A stretch of DNA of 64,000 nt, from assembly GCA_951406725.2 (NCBI GenBank), contig OX597825.1:36456001-36520000 (forward strand), written 5' to 3'. A model generated the notes under the pieces. It saw nothing but the letters and a program-made list of their open reading frames with translations. It did not search any database and was not told the origin of the DNA. This stretch comes from Octopus vulgaris (Eukaryota). Below, piece after piece: positions 51,389-64,000 of this stretch (positions within the stretch are counted from its first letter, which is position 1; every line of letters begins with the position of its first letter). The position numbers were made by a program, and so were the translations under genes.

Positions 51389-53012
51389 AGTGTCAAATTT
51401 GTCAACACGTTCTTTCTCGTAGATAAGAGTTCTCAGTTCCGCTTGTTACTGTGGAAACAGGCACGTGCTTTCTCACCGACAAAAGAGTTCTCTTGTTCCG
51501 CTGGTTACAATGGAAACAGGCATGAATGTATCTGTGGCTTACGATAGACTAAAATTACCAAAATGTTCAAACTTAAATACTAATAACTTTTTATTGATTG
51601 ATTTATGGCGAAAATGCCATCAGTAAGGCATACATTTTTCTAGAAAGTTATAACGGGGCCTGGCGGCAAATGGGTTGGGAAACACCGCTGTAGATGATAC
51701 TTGCCCAAGATGCAACCTAGTGACACTGAACGCGAAACCACTTGGTCACGAAGCGAACTTCTTCACTACACAGCCATACCGGCGTCTAAGCAACGCCATA
51801 TCTTCTCTCTCTCTCCCTTTCTGCTCCCCTCTCTCTCTCGCTACATTTATTCCATCTATTGTCAGTCTATCTCTCTGTCTATGTCGTATTTATCTTCTTC
51901 CCAACTCTTTCCTATTTCCCTGGTTTTCTTTGAACATTCTTTACATATCACATTACCTCTTTTCATTTATGTCTCTGTTTTATTTTATCATCCTGACCAT
52001 TTCACTCTCATCGTTCTCTCCCCCAGCCCCAGCCTTGACCAAACTGTCATACCAAACTTCCCTAAAGTCGCCATTCTCCTCGTCAAAGTAATCGGATCCG
52101 CTCGTTGCTACATTAATTTATTGTTAATTGCTCTACTTAATCTCTCCAAAACCTGTCGTCTGCTCAATCAATTTTTGTTTCCACTTCATTTACAACGCTG
52201 TTATTGTAATTGTTTTTTGCTTATGTGGTTGTTGTTGTTGTGTAGCCCCGGTCAGTTCAGCTGAAGCCCCAAATATAATTTCATTGTTGACTGCTGGTGG
52301 ATTTCATTTTTTATTTTCTAAATCTGATTTTATTTATTTTTTTTGCTGCTGTTTTTTGTTTTGTTTTTGTTTTAGGGTTGAGCTTCCATTTTTATTCTCT
52401 GTGTTCTTCATCATTCACTAATAAAACAGTAAGTTGTAAATGTATGTATGTATGTATGTATGTATGTATGTATGTGTGTATGCATGCATGCGCGCACACA
52501 CACAGACATATATATATAAGATACACATACACGCACACACACACACATATATATATAAGATACACACGCATGTGTGTGTGAGAGAGAATGTGTATGTGTA
52601 TATATCATATACGGGTATATATATGCGTATGTGTATAGATACACTAACATATATATACATATATAACAAATGTACACGCACATACATACATACATACCCG
52701 CGCGCCCACACACACACACATATTGCAACTTGTCAAAGCAGTGGTGCCTCGAGTTATCACTTTTATCACCATCATTTTCTTCTTCTTCTTCTTCTTCTTC
52801 TTCTTCTTCTTCTTCTTCTTCTTCTTCTTCTTCTTCTGTCAAAATCGTTATCGTCTTCTACCTCTTCGTTTTCATCACCATCACACCACTAACGAATAAA
52901 GGGAGTCTTTTATCTTATTACTTGACCTTCTATAAATAGCACCCAAAATCCCTTCAATAATTTCTCCACCATTATATCAGTGAACGACCTCTGGCGATTT
53001 CTAAGTCAAGTG

Positions 53013-53133
53013 CTACGTGATTGTCACGGACTTTTCGTGAGAGAAATAACGAAGGTGTTTTTTCAATTCCTTTCTCCGACTGAACACTAATTTTCGGATA
53101 GATTCAGACAGGTACACCAAGCCTACCCGGGAC
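53013..53133 (-). CDS. Candidate terminal exon (phase 2): (R)SRVGLVYLSESIRKLVFSRRKELKKHLRYFSHEKSVTIT*
   Basis: Pyrimidine tract ttttcccccttttctttccgactcttt..ctaag|; the other two frames stop within 10 codons. Confidence 0.35.
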
Positions 53134-53523
53134 CTTAGATCGTAAAGAGTCGGAAAGAAAAGGGGGAAAATAGCAGAACCAAAAAGTTCTGGCACTGTCA
53201 GTCTATATATCACTGGCGGGGAGATGAATCGCAGCTGTTTCTAGCGGTCGAGTGTCCATCATTGACTATACAAAACAAGGTTGAAATCACGTGATCTGGT
53301 GGTTTCAGCACTAGATGTAGCGGGGATTTGTCTCCCCTGTTAGCTACATAAAGAAGAGTGCATTTTGCACCAAAAAGCCAATATGAGAGTTTCTCTCATA
53401 GCAACTACCGCAGTAAAGTTTATTCTAGTAGAACATACACGCTTAAGTAGGGATAAATATTATGGCCAAGCTTCAAAACCAGATACAACAACGTGTTCAT
53501 GTACCAGCGTTAACCTGAGAGCT

Positions 53524-53886
53524 GATCTTTTCATTTGTGAAGCCAGTTTTTCCAAATTTTTCCTACTGAACCAAACAATTTGAAACTTCGTATACTGGTA
53601 GAATGTGTCAAAAGTAAACTTAATTGTAAACCAGAATGAAAACGGAATTGTAACTTCTAAGTTTAACATTGTTTAATAATTAGAATTTTGACCAATGGTA
53701 TTCCGTCATTCGGCTTCATATTATTTACTCCGTCTCGATCACCAATTTCGTGACGTATTAAACATGTGGTATCTGAAATGTAAACAAACTATTCTCGAGT
53801 GAATACTCGGTGTATGTGTATCTGTATGTATGTGTGTGTGTATGTATCTATGTATGTATGTATGTGTGTGTGTGTGTGTGTGTGTA

Positions 53887-53917
<31 letters not shown>

Positions 53918-54041
53918 ATCTGTGTGTGTGTGTATGTAAAACTATAACGATGTTAATTTTTTTTCGAGTGAATACTCGGTGTATGTGTATCTGTATGTAT
54001 GTGTGTGTATGTATCTATGTATGTATGTGTGTGTGTGTGTG

Positions 54042-54084
<43 letters not shown>

Positions 54085-54283
54085 CTATGTGTGTGTGTGT
54101 GTGCGTGTATGTAAAACTATAACGATGTTAATTTTTTTCGAGTGAATACTCGGTGTATGTGTATCTGTATGTATGTGTGTGTGTGTATGTATCTATGTAT
54201 GTATGTGTGTGTATGTATGTGTGTGTGTGTGTGTCTATGTGTGTGTGTGTGTGTGTATCTATGTATGTATGTGTGTGTATTTA

Positions 54284-54314
<31 letters not shown>

Positions 54315-54643
54315 AAAACTATAACTCTTTCGTTTTCAACACAAGAAAATAACTGGATAATACACGTGCTTATTAGCCTCAAATGTGCACAGTTGCTACG
54401 TCACAAAACTGCTTTCTACGTCACACTAACAGAATGCAGTAACGTATTATATGTGAAAACAAGCAATCTCATTGGTTAAAATTCGCAGTTTTAATCTACG
54501 ATTAAAGTCATAAAATAGATTTTTCTCAAATAAACTAGTTCCAACTTGTGTCTTGTTTTGAGATACTCTACGAGGACACGAAGTTTCAAATTATTTAGTT
54601 AACTAGAAAGATCTGCGGTCCTGGCCACGATATTGAAAAGATC
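53524..54643. mobile_element. Long-TIR (foldback-like) element containing a 3 x ~170-bp tandem array
   Basis: Ends gatcttttca / tgaaaagatc with diverged ~200-bp inverted arms; units starting cgagtgaatactcgg at 53796, 53965 and 54139. Confidence 0.7.
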
Positions 54644-55200
54644 CCTGATACAAGTTTTGAAATATAATTTGAGGCTATACGTTTGAATATCATGAAGAAT
54701 GTGTTATTTTCAATTTTCTTAAACAAATTTCGTTTTTAAATTTTAAATTTTAAACGTTTCTTTAGAATTTCCCATGCGTTGACTCCAAGTAATTTTTACT
54801 TTCACCTCTGGTAGGCCATAAAGTCAAAAAGACTGAGAAATAGTTGGTCCCTGTGCATTTCTCTTTCGTTGGCTTAAAACTATTTATTGTATTTTATTGA
54901 GGCTGATCTGTAATTCCAGTTCAATGTAAGTCAAATAGACCTATGAGCAAATTCATTCTTATTGCGACCATTGCATCTTTTAAGGCGGAAAAGTATGACC
55001 TGAAAGACATTTGGCTGTTATTTTTACGAAACCGAACGTTATTTCTACGATTCTAAATTCGTAGTTTGACTCCATTATTTATAGAAAGTACTGGAATGGA
55101 ATCTTTTATCACATCTCTTCGACAAAAAGATTGTCCATCACAGAGAAAATAAGAACAAACATGCTTTGTCTCTATTGCCGTTGTGAACTTATTTATTTAC

Positions 55201-55474
55201 TTAAACATAAGATAAATATACTGATGTTTTTCCAAAAGGGACGTTTTCAGCATTGGACACAAACATACTTTGACATACATACGATATTTCTCTTGTTTGG
55301 TTGGCAGGTTGGCTGCCTGCCTGCCTGCCAGTCTGGTTGGTTGGTTGGTTGGTTGGTTGGGTGGCTGGCTCTTTGATCTGACAGTCATCTTTAGTCTTCT
55401 CTCTTCGTACATCTTTACCAGATGATACAAACCAATCGTCATTGAATTTTACTTCAGATGACAGATTCACAAAT
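55201..55474 (-). CDS. Candidate terminal exon (phase 2): (R)FVNLSSEVKFNDDWFVSSGKD..GKTSVYLSYV*
   Basis: gtatccag| then 90 codons ending S-Y-V. Weak pyrimidine tract; crosses a microsatellite; a competing plus-strand acceptor overlaps. Confidence 0.2.
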
Positions 55475-55504
55475 CTGGATACCTTAAACACATTTATATA
55501 AATA

Positions 55505-55545
55505 CTAGCAGCTAAGCCCGGTTTCACCCGGTCTGTTTGAATGAT
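55505..55545 (-). mobile_element. Helitron-like 3' terminus
   Basis: Minus strand: hairpin ccgg-gtgaaa-ccgg, then 9 nt, then CTAG|T. Confidence 0.6.
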
Positions 55546-55784
55546 GTGGCTGTCATTGTTTTCGGTTAGGCATAATCTATAACAGCGTTTCTCAACCTTA
55601 TCATTTCGGGTCCCCTGTTTCGATTGGAGCCTCCAGCTATATGAAAACTTCCTGACCCTTACCCCCTTGTCAGAAAACAGCTTCAGGAGTTGTGAAGAAC
55701 AAAATTGTACATAGTCTGTGAGAGCTATTCTATTGGACCTCTGTCTAATCATTAAAACATTGATTTAATTATGAACATAGAAAG

Positions 55785-56185
55785 AAAAAATCCCCTAGGA
55801 CAAAATCCCACTCTAGGCTATACGAGTGAAAGGAAGACCATGAAGGAGTTTTTGAATGGCGTAGGGCACAGCATCAGGTTGAAGTAAAATAAACTTTAAA
55901 TGAACCTCAACACTTAATGAAGTTTTCAATATTGCGTTTGTTTTAATTTTTCAAAGATACGGCATGATGTTGCTTTAATTGTGCTCATTTTTGTGATTGG
56001 GGTTATTATATAATTAATGTAATATTTTACATCTCAGAGAAGGTTCATAAACTACGAATAATAAGAATAGAAATCATAGAAATTATGATTTAAAAATTGC
56101 TTATTCTTTTGTCCTAGTTTTTTAATTAAAAACTTTTTTTTTCCTCTAGGGGCTTCTGTCCTAGGGGAGTTTTGTCCTACGCTCA
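55785..56185 (+). mobile_element. MULE-like non-autonomous remnant
   Basis: Inverted ends cccctaggacaaaa / tctgtcctagggg; internal ERKTMKEFLNGVGHSIRLK* resembles MULE transposase C-termini. Confidence 0.5.
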
Positions 56186-56189
56186 TCCA

Positions 56190-56375
56190 AGTCTTGTTCG
56201 AAATGACTAAAGCCATGTCAACGATTCCGGCCTTGTATTGAAGCAGTTATTAGAAACCGAGGGCGAATTCATAGAATAATCTTAGAAAGCTTATCGAGAA
56301 CAAATGTACAAGTTTTTTATTAAAATACATTTCGTTTTGGTTACATTAGAATCGTTTTATTGAATTACACGATAT
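56190..56375 (+). pseudogene. Tc1/mariner-superfamily transposase C-terminal remnant
   Basis: KPCQRFRPCIEAVI/EGEFIE* resembles 'AC..FR.R.EAVI...GG.IE'. Confidence 0.55.
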
Positions 56376-56497
56376 GTCTCTAACACCTCACGTAACCTGT
56401 GTGTACATATAAATCTTTGCTACGGTCATGCTGGGGCACTGAACCCGCAATCGTGTGGTTGGGAAGCAAGCTTCTTACTACACAGCCACGCATATGT

Positions 56498-56557
<60 letters not shown>

Positions 56558-57379
56558 TATAAGTGTGGATACATATGCAAACGTGTTTAAGTTAGTGTGC
56601 ATTAGCGTGTGTATGAGTGAGTGTAAGGTGCGTGCAGTGAGGTCGGAGTTGGGAACTCAAACTTATTTTCTGTCACACTCCTGTCTTCGTGTGTCTCCTC
56701 ATCAAAATGTTGTTGTTGTTATTGATGATGATGATGATGGTGAAATTATGATCATCATCGTCGTCGTCGTCGTCGTCGCCAACATCATCATAATGTTTTG
56801 TTGTTTTTCTTTTTTTGTTTTCTTTGTATGCATTTTATATTTTTTTGAGTCACGATGAAATGTCAAAAGGTCAAGTCATGCAAGCGATAACATGTACTGC
56901 ACCAACTATGTATATATATATACACACACACACATGCACCACTATCATCACTATCAACATCCCAACTACCACCGCCCACCACCAGCACCATCACAAGCAC
57001 CACCACCACCACCACCATCACTGCTACCACCACCAAGACCAACACTACACTCCCATCAATATCACTGCCAGCATCACACGTACCGCCTACGCTAGCACCA
57101 AACACAATCACGTCTTTGCTACCCCAAAATAATCACGCCCACAAACATCACACCACAGACGTCCATACGAAAGTGAAGTGAACGAGGAAACCTTGATTTA
57201 GATCCTTAACACGCTAGAGATAGCAGTCAGCACTCCCTGAGAGCACACCCTACTATTTCAATCATAAAATCAAATAAGAGGATGGCACAATAGTCAATGA
57301 TTTTGCACGAAGACGGGATGGTTATGGCTGGAATGCCTTTGATGAAAAATCTGTCGTATCAGAGCCGATATAAATATCA

Positions 57380-58199
57380 CTATCATCGTCGTCATCCTCT
57401 CCATAATCATCGTCCCCATCACCACCACCACTATCACCATCAGCACCACTGCCGCCAACACAAACCCCGCCACCGCCACCGCTACCACCGCTGCCACTGC
57501 TACCACCACCATTATGATCATGATGATCATCCTTATAATCATCATCATCATTATCATCACTAGCACCGTTACCACCACCGCCACCATCAACACCACCATC
57601 GCCACCACTGTCACCACGCCCCACATTCAACACCAACACCACCACCATCAACACCACCATCACCACCACTATCACCACCACTATCATCAACACCAACACC
57701 GCCACCATCAACACCACTATCGCCACCACTATCACCACCGCCACCATCACAGCCTCCACCACTGCCAGTAGCATCACCAGAACCAGCAAATTACAATCAC
57801 CAGCACCATTACCACCACCACCACCCACCACCACCACCACTATCAACACCACGACTACCACCACCAATTCTACCACCACCACTACCACTTCTACCACCAC
57901 CACCACCACCACCATCTCAATCATTACCACTACCATTTTTACATGCACATGCATATTTATTATCTTCCCTTTCCTCCCATACCAGTAAACTCATCAAAAT
58001 ATTGAATGACATCCTTTGCTAAGAACATTACCCATTATTTGCAGACATTCTCCATTCTTTGCACCACCACCCCCAACAACAACGACACCACAATCCTTGT
58101 CACCATCACCATCTTTGACACACAACTACCACGCTTTGCCATCATTACCAGCCTTGCTGCCACGAACACACCACTACGATGACGGCAAACAACGACTAC

Positions 58200-58237
<38 letters not shown>

Positions 58238-58718
58238 CTACTATCACCATCACGACCAACACGCCCGTCCCCACCTTTGTCACTCCGCTCAACTTTGCTA
58301 TCCTTTTTGTCATCGTAAACCATCCTAGCTACCAACAACAACAACAACACTACGATCTTTGACCCTACAGCCACCGTTACCACAACCCTTGTCATCACAA
58401 ACATCCTTGTGTTCCCCCACCATACCCATTATCCTTGTCATCGTGACTGTCCTATCCAACACCACCGCCACCACCATCCTTCTCACCACCCCTCCATCAC
58501 CATCATTCTGGTACCACTACCATCCTTGTCAATACCATCCCTACCTGCATCAAGACTGCCGTTCTTGCAACCATTACTACCGCAGCAGCCACTGCCGCCG
58601 CCACAACCACCACTACCAACGCAACCACCGCAGGGAACATAATCATCTTCGTCATTGTGCTTGTCACCACAAACATCGCCATTCTTACAACTTACCAATC
58701 CGCACCACCACCACCACC

Positions 58719-58750
<32 letters not shown>
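57380..58750. repeat. Degenerate (CAC/CAT)n low-complexity block
   Basis: Direct reading; source of poly-H/T/V ORFs. Confidence 0.9.
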
Positions 58751-58751
<1 letters not shown>

Positions 58752-58812
58752 TAACGCCTACGACTCCACACTAACCACTGTAACAGGCCCTGTCACTGAC
58801 CTGGAATTTCAC

Positions 58813-58888
58813 CTCGGCTTGTTTCCTACGCAGCCATTACCGGCTTCGGTCAACTGCATTTCTGACAACTTGTGTGGTAAGGAATCGC
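58813..58888 (-). CDS. Candidate internal exon (phase 1 to 2): (G)DSLPHKLSEMQLTEAGNGCVGNKP(R/S)
   Basis: Acceptor atttttctgagttacag|, donor ccgag|gtgaaa; 76 nt; read-through gives ..KPR*. Confidence 0.4.
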
Positions 58889-58971
58889 CTGTAACTCAGA
58901 AAAATGTCGCAAAAAACTTTGTTCAAAGAATGTCGAAGTTTTAGTTTTCTCACTAGTATCGGGGCCTTCAC

Positions 58972-59185
58972 AAAGGCGGTGAGCTGGCAGAATCGCTAGC
59001 GCGCCGAGCAAAATGCTTAGCAGCATTTCGTCCGTGTTTACGTTGAGTTCAAATTCCACCGTGATCGACTTTACCTTTCATCCTTTAGGGGTCGATAAAT
59101 AAGTACCGGCTGAACACTGGGGGTCGATGTAATTGACTTATCCCCACCCCGAAATTTCAGGCTTTATGCCTATAGTAGAAAGAAT
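58972..59185 (+). mobile_element. SINE family A copy
   Basis: aaggcggtgagctggcagaatcgctagc..ctttcatcctttaggggtcgataaataagtacc. Confidence 0.88.
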
Positions 59186-59198
59186 TATTACTGTTATT

Positions 59199-59730
59199 GA
59201 GTGAGAGAGCAGTGCACGCCATCAAAGTGACACTGGGGTAAGAAATACGAAGCCCAGTATACCCAACATGATAAGGGTACACCAGGCACATGCATCACAA
59301 CCATATGTGCGCAACATGGTAATCTCATATCAAGATAAACAGCGCATGACCTTGCAGGTGGGGCCCAGTTAGAACTTTATTCAGGTCGAGCACTCCATCC
59401 CACTCAAAAGTTCCCTGAATAAGGTTTGTTTAAGGATGATGAATGAAACTCATGTTTCCAAATGCGAATAATTCAAGCCCCCAAAGAATTCCTCTCAACA
59501 CATTGCAATGATACTCCCCCACTACTTCTATTGATCAGAGATGCACATATCGTCAGCCACTAAGAAACATGTTCAACTGGTTAAGGTTAAACAACTGACA
59601 AGCAAATCTGTGGTATTGAGCAGAACATTTGCTGTAGCTCCGAGACAAAACGTGTACATGATAACACTTCCAATCATTTAAGATGAGAAGCCATTAGAGC
59701 CACTACCTGGTACAGCATCAGGGCATTATT
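59199..59730. mobile_element. Family D dispersed repeat, second copy
   Basis: Colinear with 25581-26140. Confidence 0.85.
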
Positions 59731-59746
59731 ATCATTGTTATTGTTG

Positions 59747-59813
<67 letters not shown>

Positions 59814-60394
59814 TACTGTTATTAAGGCGGTAAGCTGGTAAAATCGTTAGCACACCAGGCAAAATGCTTAGCGGCATTTCGTCCGTCTTTACGTTCTGAG
59901 TTCAAATTCCATTGAGGTTGACTTTGCCTTTCATCCATTTGTGGGGGTCAATAAAATAAGTACCAGTTGTGTACTGGGGTCGATGTAATTGACTTAGCCC
60001 CTCCCCCACACTTGCTGGTTTTGTACCAAAAATTTGAAACCAATGTTATGTCTTTCACCGATATACATCGGTAAAAATTTCACACAAGCATACACGGACA
60101 CACATAAACACATATTCATAATCATATAACAACCTTCTATGATGTCCCTAACTATACCATCTGCTAGGTATTGACCAACCAGAGGAGAAGTTGTGAGAGG
60201 ATGCTTGCAAATTTGTTTACCATACACCTGTTACCAGTTGGTTGGATCGTTATCTTATCGACCTCAGAAGTATGTGAAGCAAACTGGATTTTTGGGTGTT
60301 TTGAACTCAAAACAGTGAGATACAACTTGATGCTACAATGCCCGTTGTTCTACCAATTCTTTAATCACGCCAAAACCATATTAAATTCTGCCAC

Positions 60395-60675
60395 TACATT
60401 CAGCAGCATTCATTGCTCCTCTACCCACTTCTCTAACGATATTACGGCACCATTCGATATTATCCCGCTCGCATCTCCATTGCTATTCCTGCAGTATTCA
60501 ATAGCCCTTCTACCCGCTCCTCTAACGATATTCCAGTAGCATTCAATACCCACCTCTACCCGCTTGTCTAACGATATTCTAGCAGCATCCAATCAATATT
60601 CCTCTACCCGCTTCTCCATTGATATCCCAGCAGTATTTGATATCTCTTCAGCTCGCTCCACTAATGATATTCTTA
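60395..60675. repeat. Degenerate minisatellite, ~35-50-bp unit (tctacccgcttctctaacgatattccagcagcattcaat)
   Basis: About 6-7 diverged head-to-tail units. Confidence 0.8.
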
Positions 60676-61129
60676 CACTGTTAACAAGCAGCATGCTGAG
60701 TCACAACCAAGGCAGATCGGGTCAAAAAGACCTATCGTCAAAGATGTTCCAGTTGTGACCATCCAGTCTGTTTCTTTTTCTTTTCTTTTTTCTTTTTGGT
60801 TTAGATATTGTAGATAAGGACTATTCAATCTAATGTGTGATTCTTCTTTTTAAGGTGTAAGATAGCATTTGAGGGAGATTTAGCTGCTATTTTTTTTGTG
60901 TGATTTGGTGACTATTTCAGGAGCTTCCTCTTGGCTTCTGTACCTAATTATCGCACATTTATGTTGTGTTTGTCATTATTATTACTGAATTCCTATGGCC
61001 GAAGAGTGGCATCACGCTTGAAACTCAGAGTACCAAGGATTTTGGCCAACAGTTTTGATCCATAAATGTTACTCTCAATAAATGAGTTGATTGCCCTTCT
61101 TTCGTTTGTCTTTTCACTCGGATATATAC

Positions 61130-61162
<33 letters not shown>

Positions 61163-63494
61163 TGTATGTATGTATGTATGTATGTATGTATGTATGTATG
61201 TATGTATGTATGTATGTATGTATGTATGTATGTATGTATGTATAATATAGTATAATATAATAAAATGTAATATAATATAATATAATAATAATAATACCAG
61301 AAGTGAAATAGAACCATTGCGTGTACTTATTATGGGTATAATGACCCTTACGAGATACAAACAATGTTTCTGGCTCATGGGCTCTCATCAGGATTTTGCA
61401 AACTAAATACAAAAACGAAAGATTAACAGTACAGACGAAAAGATGGAAATAGGGAAGAAAGTGCAGTCTTTGGAAAGTGGTTGAGACCTAGGGGTATAGT
61501 CTCGTTGAAATCGACACACTCTCAACACGAAACTGCAAGCCAGAGAGCACAATTTGTAGGGAGCGTCATGGTGGCCTGGGATCTGTCGGATTCCCATGAC
61601 GGTTATTTTTTTTCCTTTAATTTTTATTTGGTCTATACACGGTTTCCACACTTTATTGAAAAGAGACCGAACATTTTATATAATTCGTTCCTGTAATGTC
61701 TCCCTCCTATTCGTCGCCATTGCGACAATGAATAAATCATTGATATTTAGGATGGAGTAGATTAATAAGAATGATAAATTAGTTAAATTAAAATTGAATC
61801 AATGTCCTCTACCATTCTCAACTTGCTTTCCTCTCTACATTTGTTTCCAGCTCTCTTTCACAATTTCTGGGGGGTTTTTTCTGTCTTTTTTCTCCGTTTT
61901 TATACTTCTTTTTCATTCTCTTCTCTTTCACTGACTCATTCCCATTACTCCTGCTATTTAAGAAAGCTTATGCATGCATGCATGCATGTATGTATGTATT
62001 CATGTATGTATGTATGTATGCATGCATGCATGCATGTATGTATGTATGTATGTATGTATGTATGCATGTGTATATGTGCGCATATCCGTGTGAATATGCG
62101 TATGATGGGTGTATGTGTGTATGAATGTATAAATGTACGTGTGCATGCATTATATAAGCACACACATATATGTATAAAGTCCTACACAAACACATAAACT
62201 TACATGTTGCCTTTTTATTCTTTTTTATTTTATGTGCATGAGTGTGTATATGTATGATTGCGTATGTGTGTATGTGGTGATTAAGAGCGTTCGTGTGTAG
62301 TGTGACTGTGTATAAATGGATATTTGTATGTTTGAGTATGTGTTTGTGTTTGTGTCGAGGTACATATATATATATATATGCGAGTGTATGGACTTCGATT
62401 GGATTCTACCAATAAGCGCGCAACGTTGCATTGCCATATCGCAGGCATGGCTGTGTGGTTAAAGAAGCTTGCTCGGCAACTATGTGGTTTCGAGTTCAAT
62501 CCCACTGCACGGCACCTTGGGTAACTATCTTCTATATACATACATACATACATACATACATACATACATACATACATACATACACTTTCAGCTTCATACC
62601 TATTATTATTAGAGCAACAGGGTACATACCAACCGTCTGGAGCAAAGTATTAACGAACTTGGAATATTGGTGGTAGAATGCAAATCCTTAATTCATATGC
62701 TACAATTAATCACGATATCTAAGACTATAAAAACCTGAAAGCCCATTTTAAGATTTAAAGGATGGTGGTTAAAACAAGATACTCTCCTTCACAATCCAGT
62801 TACTTTAGTAGAAAACCTCTTCGTGCCTGATTGCTGGAAGGTGGGGCTCCATGAATGGAGTACTATATATCCTTCGTAACAGGGGGCCCCAATATCTTCG
62901 TGGTGGGAGGTCTAGGGCAATTTGCTCTCTTCGCACCCCCACTTAAATCCGGCCCTGATTAATCCCGAAACTTCGTGGCTACAGAGCGACATTCTTAACC
63001 ACAGAGCCATGCCTGCGATATTGGAAATTCAACAACACGAGCTTGTTGGTAGAATAACATCGAAGTCCATACACTTCGATAATAAACCCTACAAGAAAAT
63101 AAACCCTACAAGGTAGTGTCTTAGAATTTGTCAAAATTTAGTCTAAAATTAAAATGAGAGAGAACGTATATACATACATGCATACATGTATATACGTATA
63201 TATGCATGTGTACATATGTGAGTATATCTTTGTGTTTGCGTTCGTCTCCGCTTCTAATACTTGTCAACCACAACCGGTATTGGTTTGTTTATGACATCAT
63301 AACATAGCAGTTCGGCAAACCATGCTTAAGAAGTCAGTACTGAAGTCAATTTGTTCGACTAACCCCTTCAAAGCGGTGTCCCAGCACGACCGTAACCTGA
63401 TGGCTAAATCAAGTAAAAGATTAAAAGATCAAATAATCTTGGGAAATTTCTTCCAACATTTTCTTCAAATTCTTTTACAAATATGTAATTTCTT

Positions 63495-63786
63495 TATATT
63501 ATTTACATTATTTACATTTGACAGATATTTGTCCTCATCTTGTTTGTTGCTAACACAGCGTTTCGGCTGATGTACCCTCCAGCCTTCATTATGTGTCCTG
63601 GGGAAATTTCGAACCTGGATTCTCATTCCTAAGGTATTTTTCGATGTTATTATTATCATTATTATTCAGGTCACTGCTTGGAATCGAACTCGGAATCTTG
63701 GAGTTAGTAGCCCGTGCTCTTAACCACTACATCATATGCCCGGGCGTATGGAGTAGTAAATAATTCCTCATCTCATAAATATAGGA
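63495..63786 (-). mobile_element. tRNA-head/hammerhead element, copy 3, with an internally deleted inverted arm and TSD
   Basis: Full minus arm (ribozyme core mutated), centre atatgccc|gggcgtat, then the plus-strand tail taattcctcatctcataaatatag. TSD atgtaatttctt at 63483-63494 and 63787-63798. Confidence 0.88.
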
Positions 63787-64000
63787 ATGTAATTTCTTCA
63801 TTATTAATTTCTAGAAAATGAATGCGAGATTCGTCATCAGCATGCAAAGTTATATTTAAAAAAATAATCCGGTGAAAATTTGATAAACTTCATCCAAGTG
63901 GTTGGAAGAAATTTAACAAGGACCAGACACTAGACATGTGTTGGTGGGGTTTACATGGTTTATACACCTTTCAGTTGCATTGTCACTTATTTTTTCTTTT

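Noticed and set aside
60993-61116. Unique minus-strand ORF (..KLLAKILGTLSFKRDATLRP*) as an exon
   Set aside because: Only a GAG acceptor directly after (ATAC)n, with no pyrimidine tract.
61356-61400. Hammerhead-like CTGATGA..GAAAC on the minus strand
   Set aside because: Stems I and II pair poorly. It could be a decayed relic but cannot be supported from this copy.

Overview
AT-rich, microsatellite-saturated eukaryotic DNA. The SINE families and repeat landscape look like an octopus (coleoid cephalopod) genome; this is an inference from recall, not a search. There is no intact protein-coding gene or transposase. Most long ORFs in the track are translations of simple repeats. The window is a mosaic of tRNA-derived SINEs (at least 3 families, about 35 copies), decayed LINE fragments (Tx1/L1-like, RTE, CR1/L2-like, R4/Dong-like), and decayed DNA transposons or MITEs (Tc1, mariner, piggyBac, hAT, Merlin, MULE, Helitron). 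Two signals stand out. (1) A non-coding element occurs at three loci (about 42.3k, 45.8k and 63.5k). It combines a tRNA-like Pol III head with a minimal Penelope-type hammerhead ribozyme and is arranged head-to-head. Two of the loci are bounded by a ~12-bp target-site duplication. (2) Non-repetitive islands on the minus strand repeatedly show a splice acceptor followed by a short phase-2 ORF and a stop. Several end in PDZ-ligand-like residues, which suggests an array of alternative last exons of one unidentified gene. This second signal is a hypothesis only.
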